A stretch of DNA of 64,000 bases from NCBI GenBank assembly GCA_964016885.1, contig OZ024747.1, positions 68,324,001 through 68,388,000 of the forward strand, given 5' to 3'. The DNA comes from Eledone cirrhosa (lineage: Eukaryota). The first letter of the stretch is position 1. Each line of letters opens with the position of its first letter. The notes under the pieces were generated by a model. The model was not told the DNA's origin. It did no database searches and worked only from the letters and a program-made list of their open reading frames with translations. Made by a program: the position numbers and the translations under genes. Shown here in pieces: positions 46,401 through 60,448 of the stretch.

Positions 46401-46448
<48 letters not shown>

Positions 46449-46542
46449 TATATGAGTGGGTATGTTTGTGTGTGTGTGTGTGTGTGTCTATATGAGTGGG
46501 TGTTTGTGTGTGTGTGTGTGTGTGTGTCTATATGAGTGGGTA

Positions 46543-46575
<33 letters not shown>

Positions 46576-46654
46576 CTATATGAGTGGGTGTTTGTGTGTG
46601 TGTGTGTCTATATGAGTGGGTATGTTTGTGTGTGTGTGTCTATATGAGTGGGTA

Positions 46655-46685
<31 letters not shown>

Positions 46686-46946
46686 CTATATGAATGGGTA
46701 TGTTTGTGTGTGTGTGTGTGTGTGTCTATATGAGTGGGTATGTTTGTGTGTGTGTGTGTGTGTGTCTATATGAGTGGGTGTTTGTGTGTGTGTGTGTGTG
46801 TCTATATGAGTGGGTATGTTTGTGTGTGTGTGTCTATATGAGTGTGTGTTTGTGTGTGTGTGTGTGTGTGTCTATATGAGTGGGTATGTTTGTGTGTGTG
46901 TGTGTGTCTATATGAGTGTGTTTGTGTGTGTGTCTATATGAGTGGG

Positions 46947-46977
<31 letters not shown>

Positions 46978-47137
46978 CTATATGAGTGTGTGTTTGTGTG
47001 TGTGTGTGTGTGTGTCTATATGAGTGGGTATGTTTGTGTGTGTGTGTGTGTCTATATGAGTGTGTGTTTGTGTGTGTGTCTATATGAGTGGGTGTTGTGT
47101 GTGTGTGTGTGTGTGTGTGTGTCTATATGAGTGGGTA

Positions 47138-47177
<40 letters not shown>

Positions 47178-47220
47178 TATATGAGTGGGTGTTTGTGTGT
47201 GTGTGTGTGTGTCTATATGC
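46205..47220. repeat. Compound minisatellite [CTATATGAGTGGGTATGTTT(GT)n], roughly 25-30 units
   Basis: A constant ~20-nt block separated by variable-length (GT)n. Confidence 0.95.
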
Positions 47221-47412
47221 ATGTCTATGCATTCAAGTGTATGATTGTAAAGATGTATGTAACAATACCTGTGCATATATGTATACGTGTGTGTCTGTGT
47301 ATGTATATCTGCTTATGTGCAGATATACATACACACACATACACACACACACACATAGATGTGTATACATATATATATGTATACATATCTATGTGTGTAT
47401 ATATATATATAT

Positions 47413-47466
<54 letters not shown>

Positions 47467-47468
<2 letters not shown>

Positions 47469-47599
47469 CGAAGGAAATGTGGTAAGGAACCAGGTGGACC
47501 ATAACGCACCAAAGTACTCAATACTTAGGGTAGTAGAGTGGGTAATAGGAACGAGTAGGACCCCGACGGCTGAGCTCAGCCGTCGGGGTCCTACTCGTT

Positions 47600-47604
<5 letters not shown>
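47467..47604. mobile_element. TA-embedded fold-back element ending in a perfect 60-bp palindrome
   Basis: 47545-47604 ATAGGAACGAGTAGGACCCCGACGGCTGAG|CTCAGCCGTCGGGGTCCTACTCGTTCCTAT. Relatives lie at ~4660-4720, 57570-57765, 58247-58350, 58416-58620 and 62708-62795. Confidence 0.8.
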
Positions 47605-47643
<39 letters not shown>

Positions 47644-47656
47644 CACATAGATATGT

Positions 47657-47719
<63 letters not shown>

Positions 47720-47815
47720 GATATGTATACATATATATATATATATATACAAACATAGATATGTATATATATGTATAATATATATATATACACAAATACG
47801 TACACACACACACAC

Positions 47816-47879
<64 letters not shown>

Positions 47880-48364
47880 ATATATATAATGTGTAGACAA
47901 TACATGACATTCAGCTGGATCCACCGACATTGAAGATTAATTGAAATGGAGTTTTTAATGGCATGTAATAGCTTCCTCTAATTTCTGGTGGTACATTGGT
48001 GGTGTAGTGTGATGGGGCTGGTAGTTAGGAGGTGTGGTGCAGAGATGGAGTATAGGGGTAGAGGTATGGAGGGAGGGGGGGCTAGTAACATGGTGTGGAG
48101 AGGTGGACAGGTTGAGACGGAGGATTGATGTATATTAAAGGGGTGGTAAGGGAGGGTGGTAGCGATGTAGCTGTGGTGGTGGTGGTGGCGATGGCGGTGG
48201 TGTAAAGGAAGGATTTATTAGTGTGGTGTGGGGGTTTGTGGGGGGGGGGGACAAAGGAGGGATTATTGGTATGGTATAATGTAGGGAGAAGCTGTATTGG
48301 TGTGCCATTCACAATCCTTAGTAATGGTTTCTAAAACTGGCAAAGAGAAAGCAAGAAAGAGAGA

Positions 48365-48423
<59 letters not shown>

Positions 48424-48699
48424 CACACACACACACACACATACACATATATGTATATACATATATTATACACACACACACACAAACACACATATATATA
48501 TATATACATATATATGCATATACATATATATTATATATATATACATCTATATATATATGTGTGTGTGTGTATATACATGAACCTTATATAACTGCATTTT
48601 TGCATCCTTGTGTTTGTTTTATTTCATTTATTAATTATATATATGTATAATGTAATATAATATAATATATTTATACGTGGGAAAATAGAGTGTATGTAG

Positions 48700-49270
48700 A
48701 GTGAACAGTTTGTACCCGAAGGCTGAGCCACCCGAATTTTCTCACCAAACACCAAAATGCCAAGACAGCAATACCTAATAGAAGAAGGACACGTGTGTTT
48801 CTAGATGTAACATACGCTACCTAAAGCTGCCACGAATCAATAAGAAGTCAACCGCTGTCATCAGACAAGTCATCCACAAGGAGGGCCTGAATATACAGCT
48901 GGCGCTCTCTGGACCTTAATTGGGGAGACTTCTCCATAGAAACCGACCTACAAAGAACGATATGTGCACAATTTCTAACTGTCCCATCAACAATGCAGAA
49001 GTGTGCGTGAGAGTGTATGTAGTCTACAAGGTCACGTGTAAAAATTATAGCTCCTCGTACATCGGAAGTACCGACTAGATGCTGCACATACGGAACAAAG
49101 GGCACATACATGACGACGAGAGCTTCTTCTGTTAAAAAACATCTTGACAGATATCGTACCCAAGACATTGAGGTCACTATAGAGGCGACGGAGAGGTATG
49201 TGGGGAATCTAAGAATCAAAGAGATCATTATCATCAACAAGAAAAAACCACAGAAAAATAATAGTTTGGA
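48700..49270 (+). pseudogene. Penelope-like element GIY-YIG endonuclease remnant
   Basis: About 48980-49110 translates CPINNAEVCVRVYVVYKVTCKNYSSSYIGSTD*MLHIRNKGH, the VVY.I.C..C...YIG.T.R.L..R..EH motif with stops. Confidence 0.8.
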
Positions 49271-49532
49271 AATGCACGTGTCAGATTAGCTACTAAAACG
49301 TCTCCACACATACGTATTTTAGAATCGATCGTTCGTTTTTGTTTTGAACTGTTTCCGTTTCACATTTGAAAAGATAGTGTTGCCCTGAAATATTATATTG
49401 AAATATACCGGGTTAAACATTACTCTGTTTTGTTTAATTGTCTCTCTTACCCTTTATATATTTCTACCACATTGTACCGGGTTTTTGAAACTTAACACTC
49501 ATTTATTACATATTTCACTATGCTTCGTATTA

Positions 49533-49575
<43 letters not shown>

Positions 49576-49989
49576 ATAGACTTAGATGAGTTGATAATAC
49601 AGCTGTATAAAGCAGAGATATGTATTCAAAGCTCGAATATGATTTTATTATGCACAGTAAGACAGTTCAGAGTTTAATCCAATTTGTAAATTTTCAATCA
49701 TAGTAGTTTTACATCGCAGAGAATATATAAAATGAATAAATAAATAACCAGGGTTTGTATTAAACCCTGGTTATTTATTTATTCATTTTATATATATATG
49801 TGTGTGTGTGTATGTGCGTGTGTAGACAGATATAAAAAGAGAGAAAGAGAGACAGAGAGAGGGGGAGTGGAGGAAAGGGAGATGATATCAATGAATGTAA
49901 AATATGTTTCATTGTGAAGATAAAGGATTTTAATGTAAAGACAAGAGATTAAAACTGATGTGACAGGAAGGCCAGGGAGTTGAACGTTA

Positions 49990-51360
49990 CTGTTTACTAC
50001 CACCTCTATATTCACCATCACCATCACCATCACCATCACCATCTTACTACCACCTCTATATTCACCATCACTATCACCATCACCATTAACGTCTTACTAC
50101 CACCTCTATATTCACCATCGTCACCATCATCATCACCACCACCGGATCGGAGTCAGCCTCCTACCAGCACCACCTCCAGGGACATCAGTACCACTGCCAA
50201 TAACAACACCACCACCAACTACAGCAATAACGATAAGCAGTACTACCACCTCTACATTCACCATCAGCGTCCTACCAGCACCATTTCCAGGAACATCAAC
50301 ACCACTCCCAACGATAACAAAAACAATAACCATTAACACTGCTATCACCACTACCAACACCACAACCACTACTAGCATAGTACTTCTATCACCGTCACTA
50401 CTACTACTAACACCCATACCATGTCACCCTTATCTTTACTATGAACATCACTACGATTATTTCTACCACCAACACTTCCACTACCCTCACTACTACCTTC
50501 ACCACTACCACTACCACCAACACTTCCACTACCACCAACACTACCACTACCACCAACACTTCCACTACCACCAACACTTCCACCACCTTCACCACTACCA
50601 CTACCTTCACCACTTCCACTACCTTCACCACTACCACTTCCACTACCACTACCACTACCTTCACCACTACCACCAACCCTACCACTGTACCACCACTATC
50701 ATCACTACTACTACCTTTACTACCACCAATGCCAGTACTATCACCACCACAACTACTGTTATCAATGCTATCACCACTACTGCTATCTTTACCGTCACCA
50801 CCACTACCACCTGTACCTACACCATTAATACCACCACTACTTCTATCACTTCCCACTACTGCTACCACTGCTATTAACATTACTTCCACTGTCACCACCA
50901 CCAACACCACTACTACTACCACCACCACTACTATCACCACTACTACTACTACTACTACTACTATTACTTCAATCACCACTACCTCCACCAACGCCCCACC
51001 ACAATTATAACATTCAACCACGACCGCTACGAAGACGACGACGACTCCCCCACCACTACTGTCACCACCACCACCACCACCACCAATAACATTAACAACA
51101 GAATGCTCATTAAGACTATTATCAGTGTTATCAATAACAAGAATAACATCATCATCATCATCATCAAGACTGTGAGAATTGCTCATTACAACCATCACCA
51201 CCACCACCACCACCATTACCACCACCACCATCAATGCTACAAGCAACACCACTACCACTACCACCACCACCATTACCATCACCACCATCAATGCTACAAG
51301 CAACACCACCACCACTACCACCACTACCACCACTATTATTACGTCAATGTTATCATCACC
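49990..51360. repeat. Degenerate (CAC/TAC)n low-complexity tract
   Basis: Seen directly. Confidence 0.9.
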
Positions 51361-51674
51361 AAGCTTCTTGAATAGTTCTCAGAGTTTGATGTTGCTGATT
51401 ATTAAACGAATGAAGAAAGAAAACAACATGACAATAAACTCTTTTATTCTTTTACTGATTTCAGTCATTAGACTATGGCCTTGCTGGAGCACTGCATTGA
51501 TTGGATTTAATCAAGTTTATCGAGCCCGGCTCCAGTACATATTGTTTTCAAGCCTGATACTCACCGATCTCTTCTTATTAAGCCGTTAAATTACAAGACA
51601 TAAATACAGACGCAGACACAAACGTAAACAACTATCTTAATAAAGAATATTTTGCAAAGATACATTTTCGAAGG

Positions 51675-51925
51675 TCTTCTTCATCTTCGCCCACTTATTC
51701 CTGAGAGGGTCGTGGGGGCAGAGTCCTCAAACACCCCTTCCAGTGGGTCCTGTCAGAAGCAACCGTCTCCAACTGATCTGACTGGATTTCCAAGCGAGAC
51801 CAGCCAAGCTCATGGATGTTATCCAACCATCTTGCTTCGGGGTCTACCTCTGGGTCTCCTACTGGTTGGTTTTGCCCGTAAAATATGTCCAGTGATCCTT
51901 TCCTGAGACATTCTAACCACATGTC
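51675..51925 (-). mobile_element. RTE 3' fragment (family of 290-658)
   Basis: WLDNIHELGWSRLEIQ...VASDRTHWKGCLRTLPPRPS. Confidence 0.75.
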
Positions 51926-52058
51926 TATTTCCAAAGATGTAGATTGCAAATCTCTATGAAACTTACTTTTCATTTTTTATATTTCTAATTGAAAAAAAAA
52001 CATTACATTCCGTAGAAAATCTACGACATTATCCTGATTGATATTGTTCATTATAAAC

Positions 52059-52246
52059 GGCGGTGGATTGGCAGTATCGGTAGAGGGTCGGACGCCATGT
52101 TTTGAAGCATAGAGTTACCTCCCTGTATGATCTGAGTTCAAATCCCGCCGAGGTTAACTTTGCCTTTCATCCTTACGGGGTCGATAAAATAAAGTACCAG
52201 TAATGCACTGGGTAATTGCTGGCCTTGTGCCAAAAGTAGAAACAAT
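52059..52246 (+). mobile_element. SINE family A with TSD ATTATAAAC
   Basis: Full consensus match with duplicated flank. Confidence 0.9.
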
Positions 52247-53369
52247 TATAAACATTATCTCAGAAGACATGATGAGGAAAAATCCAGAGTTTACATTTAG
52301 CTTAATTACAAAACAGATCGAAAGTATAGAGTAGTGGAAAGATTAATAAGCGGACGTATGCAATAATGGAGTTTGATCTAAGCACAAGTTAAAGAGCTGT
52401 TCACTCCTCATATAATGGTAGAGGCGCCGTCTTCAAACACGGCGTGTCTTCGGCATATTATCTAGATCTGAACACATCCGATTCCTTCCAAAGAAAGAAA
52501 AAGAGAGGAAGAAAGAAAAAAAAGGACTCGGTATTGGACTGGTATTTTATTTATTGACCTCGAAAGGATTTGAACTCAGAACGCAACGAGCCGGAACAAA
52601 TGTTGGGGCATTTTTAATCCGACGTCATAACGACTTCGCCCTAGATTCTACATTTACTAAATTTTATAAAAAGATTATGCTAAGCTCGAATAATGCCAGT
52701 TTTATCAATGTCGTGTGCAACAACAACAATAAACACTCCGATTTCAGCCTTGTGCAACTATATAGGATGATGTCATCCCAAATAAACACCACCATATTTC
52801 CCTTTCTCTCTCCATTCCCCTTCTGTTTCTATTTCTCTACCCCACCCCATCCCTCTGCTTCTCACTACAATGAAAGTTTCGTTTTAAGGAATTATAATCC
52901 TACGGAATCTTAGGAAAGTGGATTTACAGTTGGAAGTTGTTTAAACATCATAACTGATATGGGTGCACACTATTGTGTATATTACAATGTTAATATTGAT
53001 GGTTGTGGTGTATGTTAATCCTGTGTTTGATATAAGAAGATTTGTTGAACCTTATTGTACGTGTGATCGTGTATATGTCATGTGCATCGGTGGGAGTGAC
53101 GCGAGAGGTTGCAAAGTGGACTCCGCTAAAGTAACCCCAAAGCCAAGTGGTGGTGGTGGTGGTGTTAAACAAGATGACGGATTAAGTCTTTCACCCCAAA
53201 ATGGAAATTGTCCCTCCAGCGGATTTCCACAAAATTTCTGTTAATCACTTACATGGATTTGGTCGACTTGGTGTTATGGTAGAATACGTCCAAGTGCTGT
53301 TCGGTGCGATTGAACCTGGAACCAAATAGTTGCGAAGTAAACTTCTTAACTAAACAAACGTATTTACTT

Positions 53370-53894
53370 CTACTCTCGGGTTCCAAATAATAGGGGACAT
53401 GCTTGTAATAAGCAGGGGAGAGAGGGGTTGTAATAAGCGGGGGAGGGAGGGGTTGAAATAAGTGGGAGGATAGGAAAATCGGTAATTTTCCGAGGTTGTC
53501 TCCGTTGAATTTTAAAAAACTAGAATTGGTCGTTTAGTTTACATATCAAGATCCCAACCCAGTTCAAAGGTTAACTTTGCCTTTCATCCTTACGGGGTCG
53601 ATAAAATAAAGTACCAGTAATGCACTGGGTATTTGCTGGCCTTGTGCCTAAAGTAGAAACAATTATATGGGATTTCTAGTAATGTACTTTTTTGTCAAGT
53701 ATAATGTTTTTTAATGTATAAAGAAAATTAATTGTCGCAGGAATGCTACAACTTAAAATAAAATTTCGCCGGAGACAACCAAAAATTAATAAGCAGCGGA
53801 GGTGGGGTGGAATAAGAGTGGAGGGGTTGGAAAAAATCTGAAAAATTAATAATTGTGGGTGGGGTGGAGGGTGATTATTTGAGACCCAAGAATA
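53370..53894. mobile_element. Tc1/mariner-type MITE interrupted by a truncated SINE A (~53560-53665)
   Basis: TA-CTCTCGGGTTCCAAATAAT ... ATTATTTGAGACCCAAGAA-TA imperfect TIRs. Confidence 0.55.
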
Positions 53895-54264
53895 GTCGAG
53901 TCGGAAACCCAGTTTCAATTTCTGGTTTGTATCATATCTTTATCTCTTCTGTTCTTTTCTATACCTCTCCAGTGTTCATTTGTTGTGTCATGCCAATGTA
54001 TGACATCATCAGTGTATGGTGCTCACACAGTATATAAATGTAACGAGAAATGTTACTTTGGATTGAATCATCCGAAAATTTTCTTTTTCAGAGATTAAAA
54101 AGTGGTAAAACATCATTTCATAAACCTCATGAAAATAAATATTTCATTAAAAAAATGTATTATTTATTAAGATAATTATGAGGAAACAACTTGGAGGAGG
54201 CGGAGGACTAGATTGTAGTTATGTTTTATAGGTCATATAAAATAGCCAACATATTTAATATATC

Positions 54265-54495
54265 TATTTGGAATAGAGAGATCACAGCTCCCATACTATT
54301 GGCACGTGGTTAGAATGTCTCAGGAAAGAATCGCTGGACAGATTTTACGGGCAAAACCAACAAGTAGAAGACCCAGGGGTAGACCCCCGAGCAAGATGGT
54401 TGGCTGGTCACGCTTGAGGATCCAGCTGGAGATGGTTGCTTCTGACAGGACCTGCTGGAAGGGGTGTTTAAGGACTCTGCCCCCACGACCCTCTC
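54265..54495 (+). mobile_element. RTE 3' fragment (family of 290-658)
   Basis: VRMSQERIAGQILRAKPTSRRPRGRP...ASDRTCWKGCLRTLPPRPS. Confidence 0.75.
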
Positions 54496-55399
54496 AGCTT
54501 GTATTATAGACAATTGTAAGGGCGGTAGATTGGCAATAGTGATAGAGCGTCGGATAACATGCTTTGCGGCATGGAGTTACCATCTTTGACATCCTGTGTT
54601 CAAATCTGGCCGAGGTTGGCTTTGCCTTTCATCTTTACAGGATCAATAAAATATAGGACTAGTAAGGCAGTGGGGCCGGTTTAATCAACTTTCCCCTCCC
54701 CTACAAACTGTTGACCTTGTACCTAAATAAGAAACTATTATTGTCAGCTGCAGACTCTTCATCATCTCTAAGTTTGTTACTTCATATGAAGGTAGTTCCA
54801 TCGTTCGGAGAACTGGAACACACGTGGTCGAAACTGACGGAGGTCCAACACATATTGTACTTATTTGGTGTTACTTCATGGTTTCGACGGACAGAATGGT
54901 GACTGCAGTATCCTGGAGGGTGGCGAAGGAGACGCAGAGCTTGTTCTTGCAGATGGACATCGCCATCCCCATTGCAGTAGGTAGAGGGGGGGGGGGACCG
55001 GGACCAAAGACACCAGAAGTTTAAACTATCATGGATTTGGTAGACAACCTATCAGAGAGCGGCTGCTTACTTGTCAACAACTATAGAGCCCAAGTTTGTC
55101 GACCTCCGCGTGGTGGGCCACGGAAACTGATCAAGATCATGCGAACGACAGAAACCTGAGACTGAGACAACTAATACGCAAGAAGATGAAGAACTTACAA
55201 GCTTTACTCTGTTGAAAAACGGAGCCCGTCCAACGCATCTCCCTTATCCCTTACCACTCTCCGGGGAAACGCCTTCTCCATTCTGTCCGCCGGGGCCGTG
55301 AGGCGGCCAGCACGTGGAACTCCATTTGTTCATAATACAGTGAGATGAGGAGGACTAGAGAGATGGAGGCGATGGCAGTGGGAGTTCGGCTCTTCCGCG

Positions 55400-56185
55400 T
55401 TCGGACACATTTATCAATTCCAGTCTGTTCGGTAGAACCTTCCGCCCGGGAGCGATGGACAACTTCTAAAAGTCCCTGGCCTGGCAGTGCTATCGAGGAG
55501 CTCTACCAGTTCGAGACAAGCTCTACAGACACGGGCGCCCGAGCAGGGACCCTTCGAAAAAGAACTGTCCGAGATGCGTGCGCGACGAGGAAACCGTCGC
55601 GCACGCATTTGTACACTGCCCGGGCGTTACCGACCTGTGGGGCTATGTAGAACGACTATTGTCGCGGGTGGGACCAATCCGGTTGACCACGGTGTCCATT
55701 GTCATAATCAAACCGCCACCCTCCTTCAAAAACGAAGGAGAGGCGGTTTTCCTTTGTGTGATAGCTCTGGCGAAAGATGTTGTATGGTGGACAAGGTTGA
55801 AAGGGCTGAGGTCAGACACCTTTCTCTCCAGCCAACAACTGATTCTTTTTTTCAAATACCACTTTGGAAGAAGAATCAGGATGGAGAGAGAGGTGCTGTA
55901 CCCCAGCAAGTTTTATGAAAGGTGGGTGAAAGTGGCGAGAATGGCCCGAGTGAATGGGCCTTCTCTCTATATCAGCCTGTAGGTTGAGGAAAAGGAGGAA
56001 GAGAGGAAAGGGGTACAAACTCTTCGTACTCCTGTTACCCATATGAAATGTCTCCCCCTATTGGGGAAAAATCGATTAACTTTTGAATTACATTTGTGAT
56101 AATATTTTACACGTTTTTATTGTATGTAAACTTCCCCCTTTGTATTTGTCCCCTTCTTTTGTGCCTCTGTGGCTAATAAAGAAAC
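55400..56185 (+). mobile_element. L1/Tx1-clade LINE 3' fragment with CCHC zinc knuckle
   Basis: SLAWQCYRGALPVRDKLYRHG...NCPRCVRDEETVAHAFVHCP...LW (zf-RVT-like) to a stop at 55982, with AATAAA near 56175. Confidence 0.85.
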
Positions 56186-56619
56186 ATATCTATCTCTTTC
56201 TCTTTTGTCTCATAGTATCGCTGCATATCTGCATGTGATTTGAAGGTATTGGGCCGTGTGTAAATATAGAAGAGAATTACTAGAAGTTGAGTTGGGTTAC
56301 ATTTCAGTTAATATAGCGATCAAGAAGAGATACTATGTCATCTGGGAATGTTAACTACATTAAACAACTGCACATCCAGGAGAATATTGCTCTCTCTCTC
56401 TTTTACTAAAAGTCATAAAACTGAAGCAAAATACAAGTTTTTAAAGGCCCCTTGAGGCCAGAAGATGATTTTACAATTAATACGTGTACCCTCTCATGCC
56501 AAATCGGGTGTTTTAATACAATAACATGTATGGGGGTAGGAGGGGGAAATCATGTGAATCGGTTTTGAAATACATAATGGTGTAACTGATTCTATGATTT
56601 GGTTCATTTGAACAAGAGA

Positions 56620-57215
<596 letters not shown>

Positions 57216-57343
57216 GTGGGGGGGATGTCTTGAGAGAGAAGTTAATACCTTTATTTCATTCCATTTCCTGTTATTTGTTGATTTAATTGTGGAATATTTG
57301 GTGCATTAATACAATATATATATAGTGTATTAATATATATATA

Positions 57344-57530
57344 GGGCGGTGGATTGGCAGTATCGGTAGAGGGTCAGACACCATGCTTTCCAGCATAGTT
57401 ACGTCCCTTTACGATCTGAGTTCAAATCCCGCCGAGGTTGACTTTGCCTTTCATCCTTACGAGGTCGATAAAATAAAGTACCAGTAATGCACTGGGATAA
57501 TTGATGGCCTTGTGCCAAAAGTAGAAACAA
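57344..57530 (+). mobile_element. SINE family A with TSD ATTAATATATATATA
   Basis: Full consensus match. Confidence 0.9.
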
Positions 57531-57533
57531 TTA

Positions 57534-57568
<35 letters not shown>

Positions 57569-57761
57569 AATCAGAATGGGGGCGGTAAAAATCAGTTAGA
57601 CCATTACTCACCAGAGTACTTGATACTTGGGGTAGTAGAGTGGGTAATATGAAAAATTCGGGACCCCGACGGCTGAGCTCCGGCCGTTTCAACAACTAGA
57701 TCCGAACTCGGATCTAGTTGTTGAAATGACCGGAGCTCAGCGGTCGGAGTCCTGAATTTTT

Positions 57762-57796
<35 letters not shown>

Positions 57797-57860
57797 ATGT
57801 AGATGACGGACGAGAGGAAAGAGTACTCAATAACGAATTAGAATTTATATGTATATAAAA

Positions 57861-58116
57861 CGAAAAATTAGTGATGCGTGTTACAATTGTTTCGCCGGCG
57901 GCAGCTTCAGACACGATCATTGTATGGATCTGATTCTAGATCTGCAGGTTCTTCGGACACATGCAATACTTTCGGAACAAATTTTCTCACTGAGAAAGAA
58001 CCTGCAGATCTAGAATCAGACAGATCCATACAATGATCACGTCTCGAGCTATCTGCCGCCGGCGAAACAATTGTAACACACAATAACCTGAGTCCAGATG
58101 CATCACTGATTGTTCG
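57861..58116. repeat. Fold-back repeat (arms ~57861-57952 / 57996-58116) containing a degenerate minimal hammerhead
   Basis: The minus strand at 57914-57878 reads GTGT-CTGAAGC-TGCCGCCGGC-GAAA-CAATTG-TA-ACAC. Confidence 0.7.
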
Positions 58117-58358
58117 CTTTATATTATATCACACTCTGCTCTGTAAGAACATAGTGGTCAACTGGCATACCGCCTATGGAACCATCATAGCTACCATTAA
58201 ACACACAGACACATATATATATATATATATATTTCTTTATATATATAGGAAAAGAGTTAGGACCCCGACGGCTGAGCTCCGGCCGTTTCGACAGCTAGAT
58301 CCGAATTCTGGTGCGTTATGGTCCACCTGGTTCCTTACCACACTTTTTTTGTTTTATA

Positions 58359-58417
<59 letters not shown>

Positions 58418-59084
58418 CGAAGGAAATGTGGTAAGGAACCAGATGGACCATAACGCACCAAAGTACTCAATACTTAGGGTAGTAGAGTGGGTAATAGGGA
58501 CGAGTAGGACCCCGACGGCTGAGCTCAAGCCGTTTCGACGGCTAATTCTGGACTAAATTAGTCCAAAATTATCCGCCGAAACGGCTTGAGCTCAGTCGTC
58601 GAGGTCCTACTCGTCCCTATATATATATATAGGGAGTGTAACGTGCAGTTATTGTAGGTTCACCCGAGTGAGCACTCTATGCATAGTTTCCAGTCTGTAA
58701 ATCTGTAAAGAGGTGTAGAACTAAGCAGAGTGTAAATATAATAATAAAAGGACAATTTGGAATCAAAAGCTCGTCGGACCTCTACTGTGGTAATTACCAG
58801 AGTCGAGCTAGATCGATACAGATCGAATCTTGAGCTGATCAATAGCGAAACGCGCGTCACTACTCAATAAACGTAATGAAGACATAACAAATCGTCCTTT
58901 TATTATACATATATTTATGTGTGTGTGAAGGCGGGTGGCTTAATGGTTAGTATGTTGGGTTTACGATCGTGAGTTTAATTTTCGAACCAGGTGGTGCATT
59001 GTGTCCGTGAGTAAGACACATTATTTCACATTGCCCCAATCCACGCAGCTAATAAAAATGAATTGGATGTATCGGCCGTTGCCT

Positions 59085-59232
59085 TTCACAAGATCAGTGT
59101 CGTGCTGGAGAGGAGAGACTTCACAAGATCAGTGTCGTGCTGGAGAGGAGAGACTTCACAAGATCAGTGTCGTGCTGGAGAGGAGAGACTTCACAAGATC
59201 AGTGTCGTGCTGGAGAGGAGAGACTTCACAAG
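59085..59232. repeat. 35-bp tandem repeat, four exact copies plus 8 bp, inside a SINE
   Basis: TTCACAAGATCAGTGTCGTGCTGGAGAGGAGAGAC at 59085, 59120, 59155 and 59190. Confidence 0.95.
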
Positions 59233-60403
59233 CAAGAGCAACTGCTAGTTTTTCACAAAACATCAAAGTTTGTACCGCGGAGAGGCAAACCCATGGTCAC
59301 TTAGTCATGACCAAATGGGACCCTTTCCTTTCTTTAGATATTTCGTGACTGTATTTCTAATGAAATATATTCAACTAAGTTCAACTTTGAGAGACTTACT
59401 AAGTACCAGTAATGCACTGGGTAATTGCTGGCCTTGTGCCAAAAGTAGAAACAATTATTAATCATCATTGGCGGTGGATTGGCAATCCCGCCGAGGTCAA
59501 CTTTGCCTTTCATCCTTACGGGGTCGATAAAAAAAAGTACCAGTAATACACTGGGATAATTGCTGACCTTGTGACAAAATTAGAAACAATTATTATTAAT
59601 CATTACCTGGGTTTGCTCCCTTCTGGACGCTCTTTAGGGTCTCGGAAAACGCAATCTTAGTGCGTCCATCCCACGCCTCTCAGGGAAGGTCGCAGGCCCA
59701 TCGCCAGTTTTTGCCGCATGAAATGGAGACTGCAATATATTTTCCGAAAAGGCCCCTCTACCTAAGACCATACTTTTACAGATAATTTCTGAAGTGTGTT
59801 GCAACGGTATCCAATTCAATTATTAATCATTTCATGGCTAAAACATACGGGTCTTGTATAAAATTATGCTTGAAGATTTAAATAGGGATCTTTTAAAATG
59901 AATGATTTTATTTAATGAAACCAGAACCGGTTTTGGCCGGGTTAGAATCAAAAGGGTTAACACAACTTCACTTTATTTTTACTATTAACATATTGAGAGA
60001 TTTGTTTGGTATTTTTAGCATAAAATCCACATTATAATAGAACTTCCGTTCATTGAAATACGATATCAATGTCCGATCCGATACAGCTAAAATGAAAACA
60101 CACACGAAACCATCAAGAAAAGACACTCTATATATTTCTGACCCCCACTAAGAATATATTTAGATTATTAAAAATAGCTCCATGGGTTGGAACTTCTGTC
60201 TGTTCCATCTCAGCAAACCTCGGTAGAAATCTGATAATGTACTCAACATATGTTTAATATACCAGCTGGCATATGATGCTGTAAAGGTTTCTAAAACACT
60301 CACGCACGCACACAAACACACAGACACACACACACATACATTATTGATAATAATGATATTATTCTGACATACCATATACTTATATAAACTCATATACGTG
60401 CGT

Positions 60404-60448
<45 letters not shown>

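Noticed and set aside
46205-47220. Repeat-spacer pattern resembling CRISPR
   Set aside because: The spacers are only (GT)n of variable length.
54711-55340. GC-richer stretch as host exons or a retroelement part
   Set aside because: I found no recognisable protein motif or consistent splice pair in any frame, so it is left unassigned.
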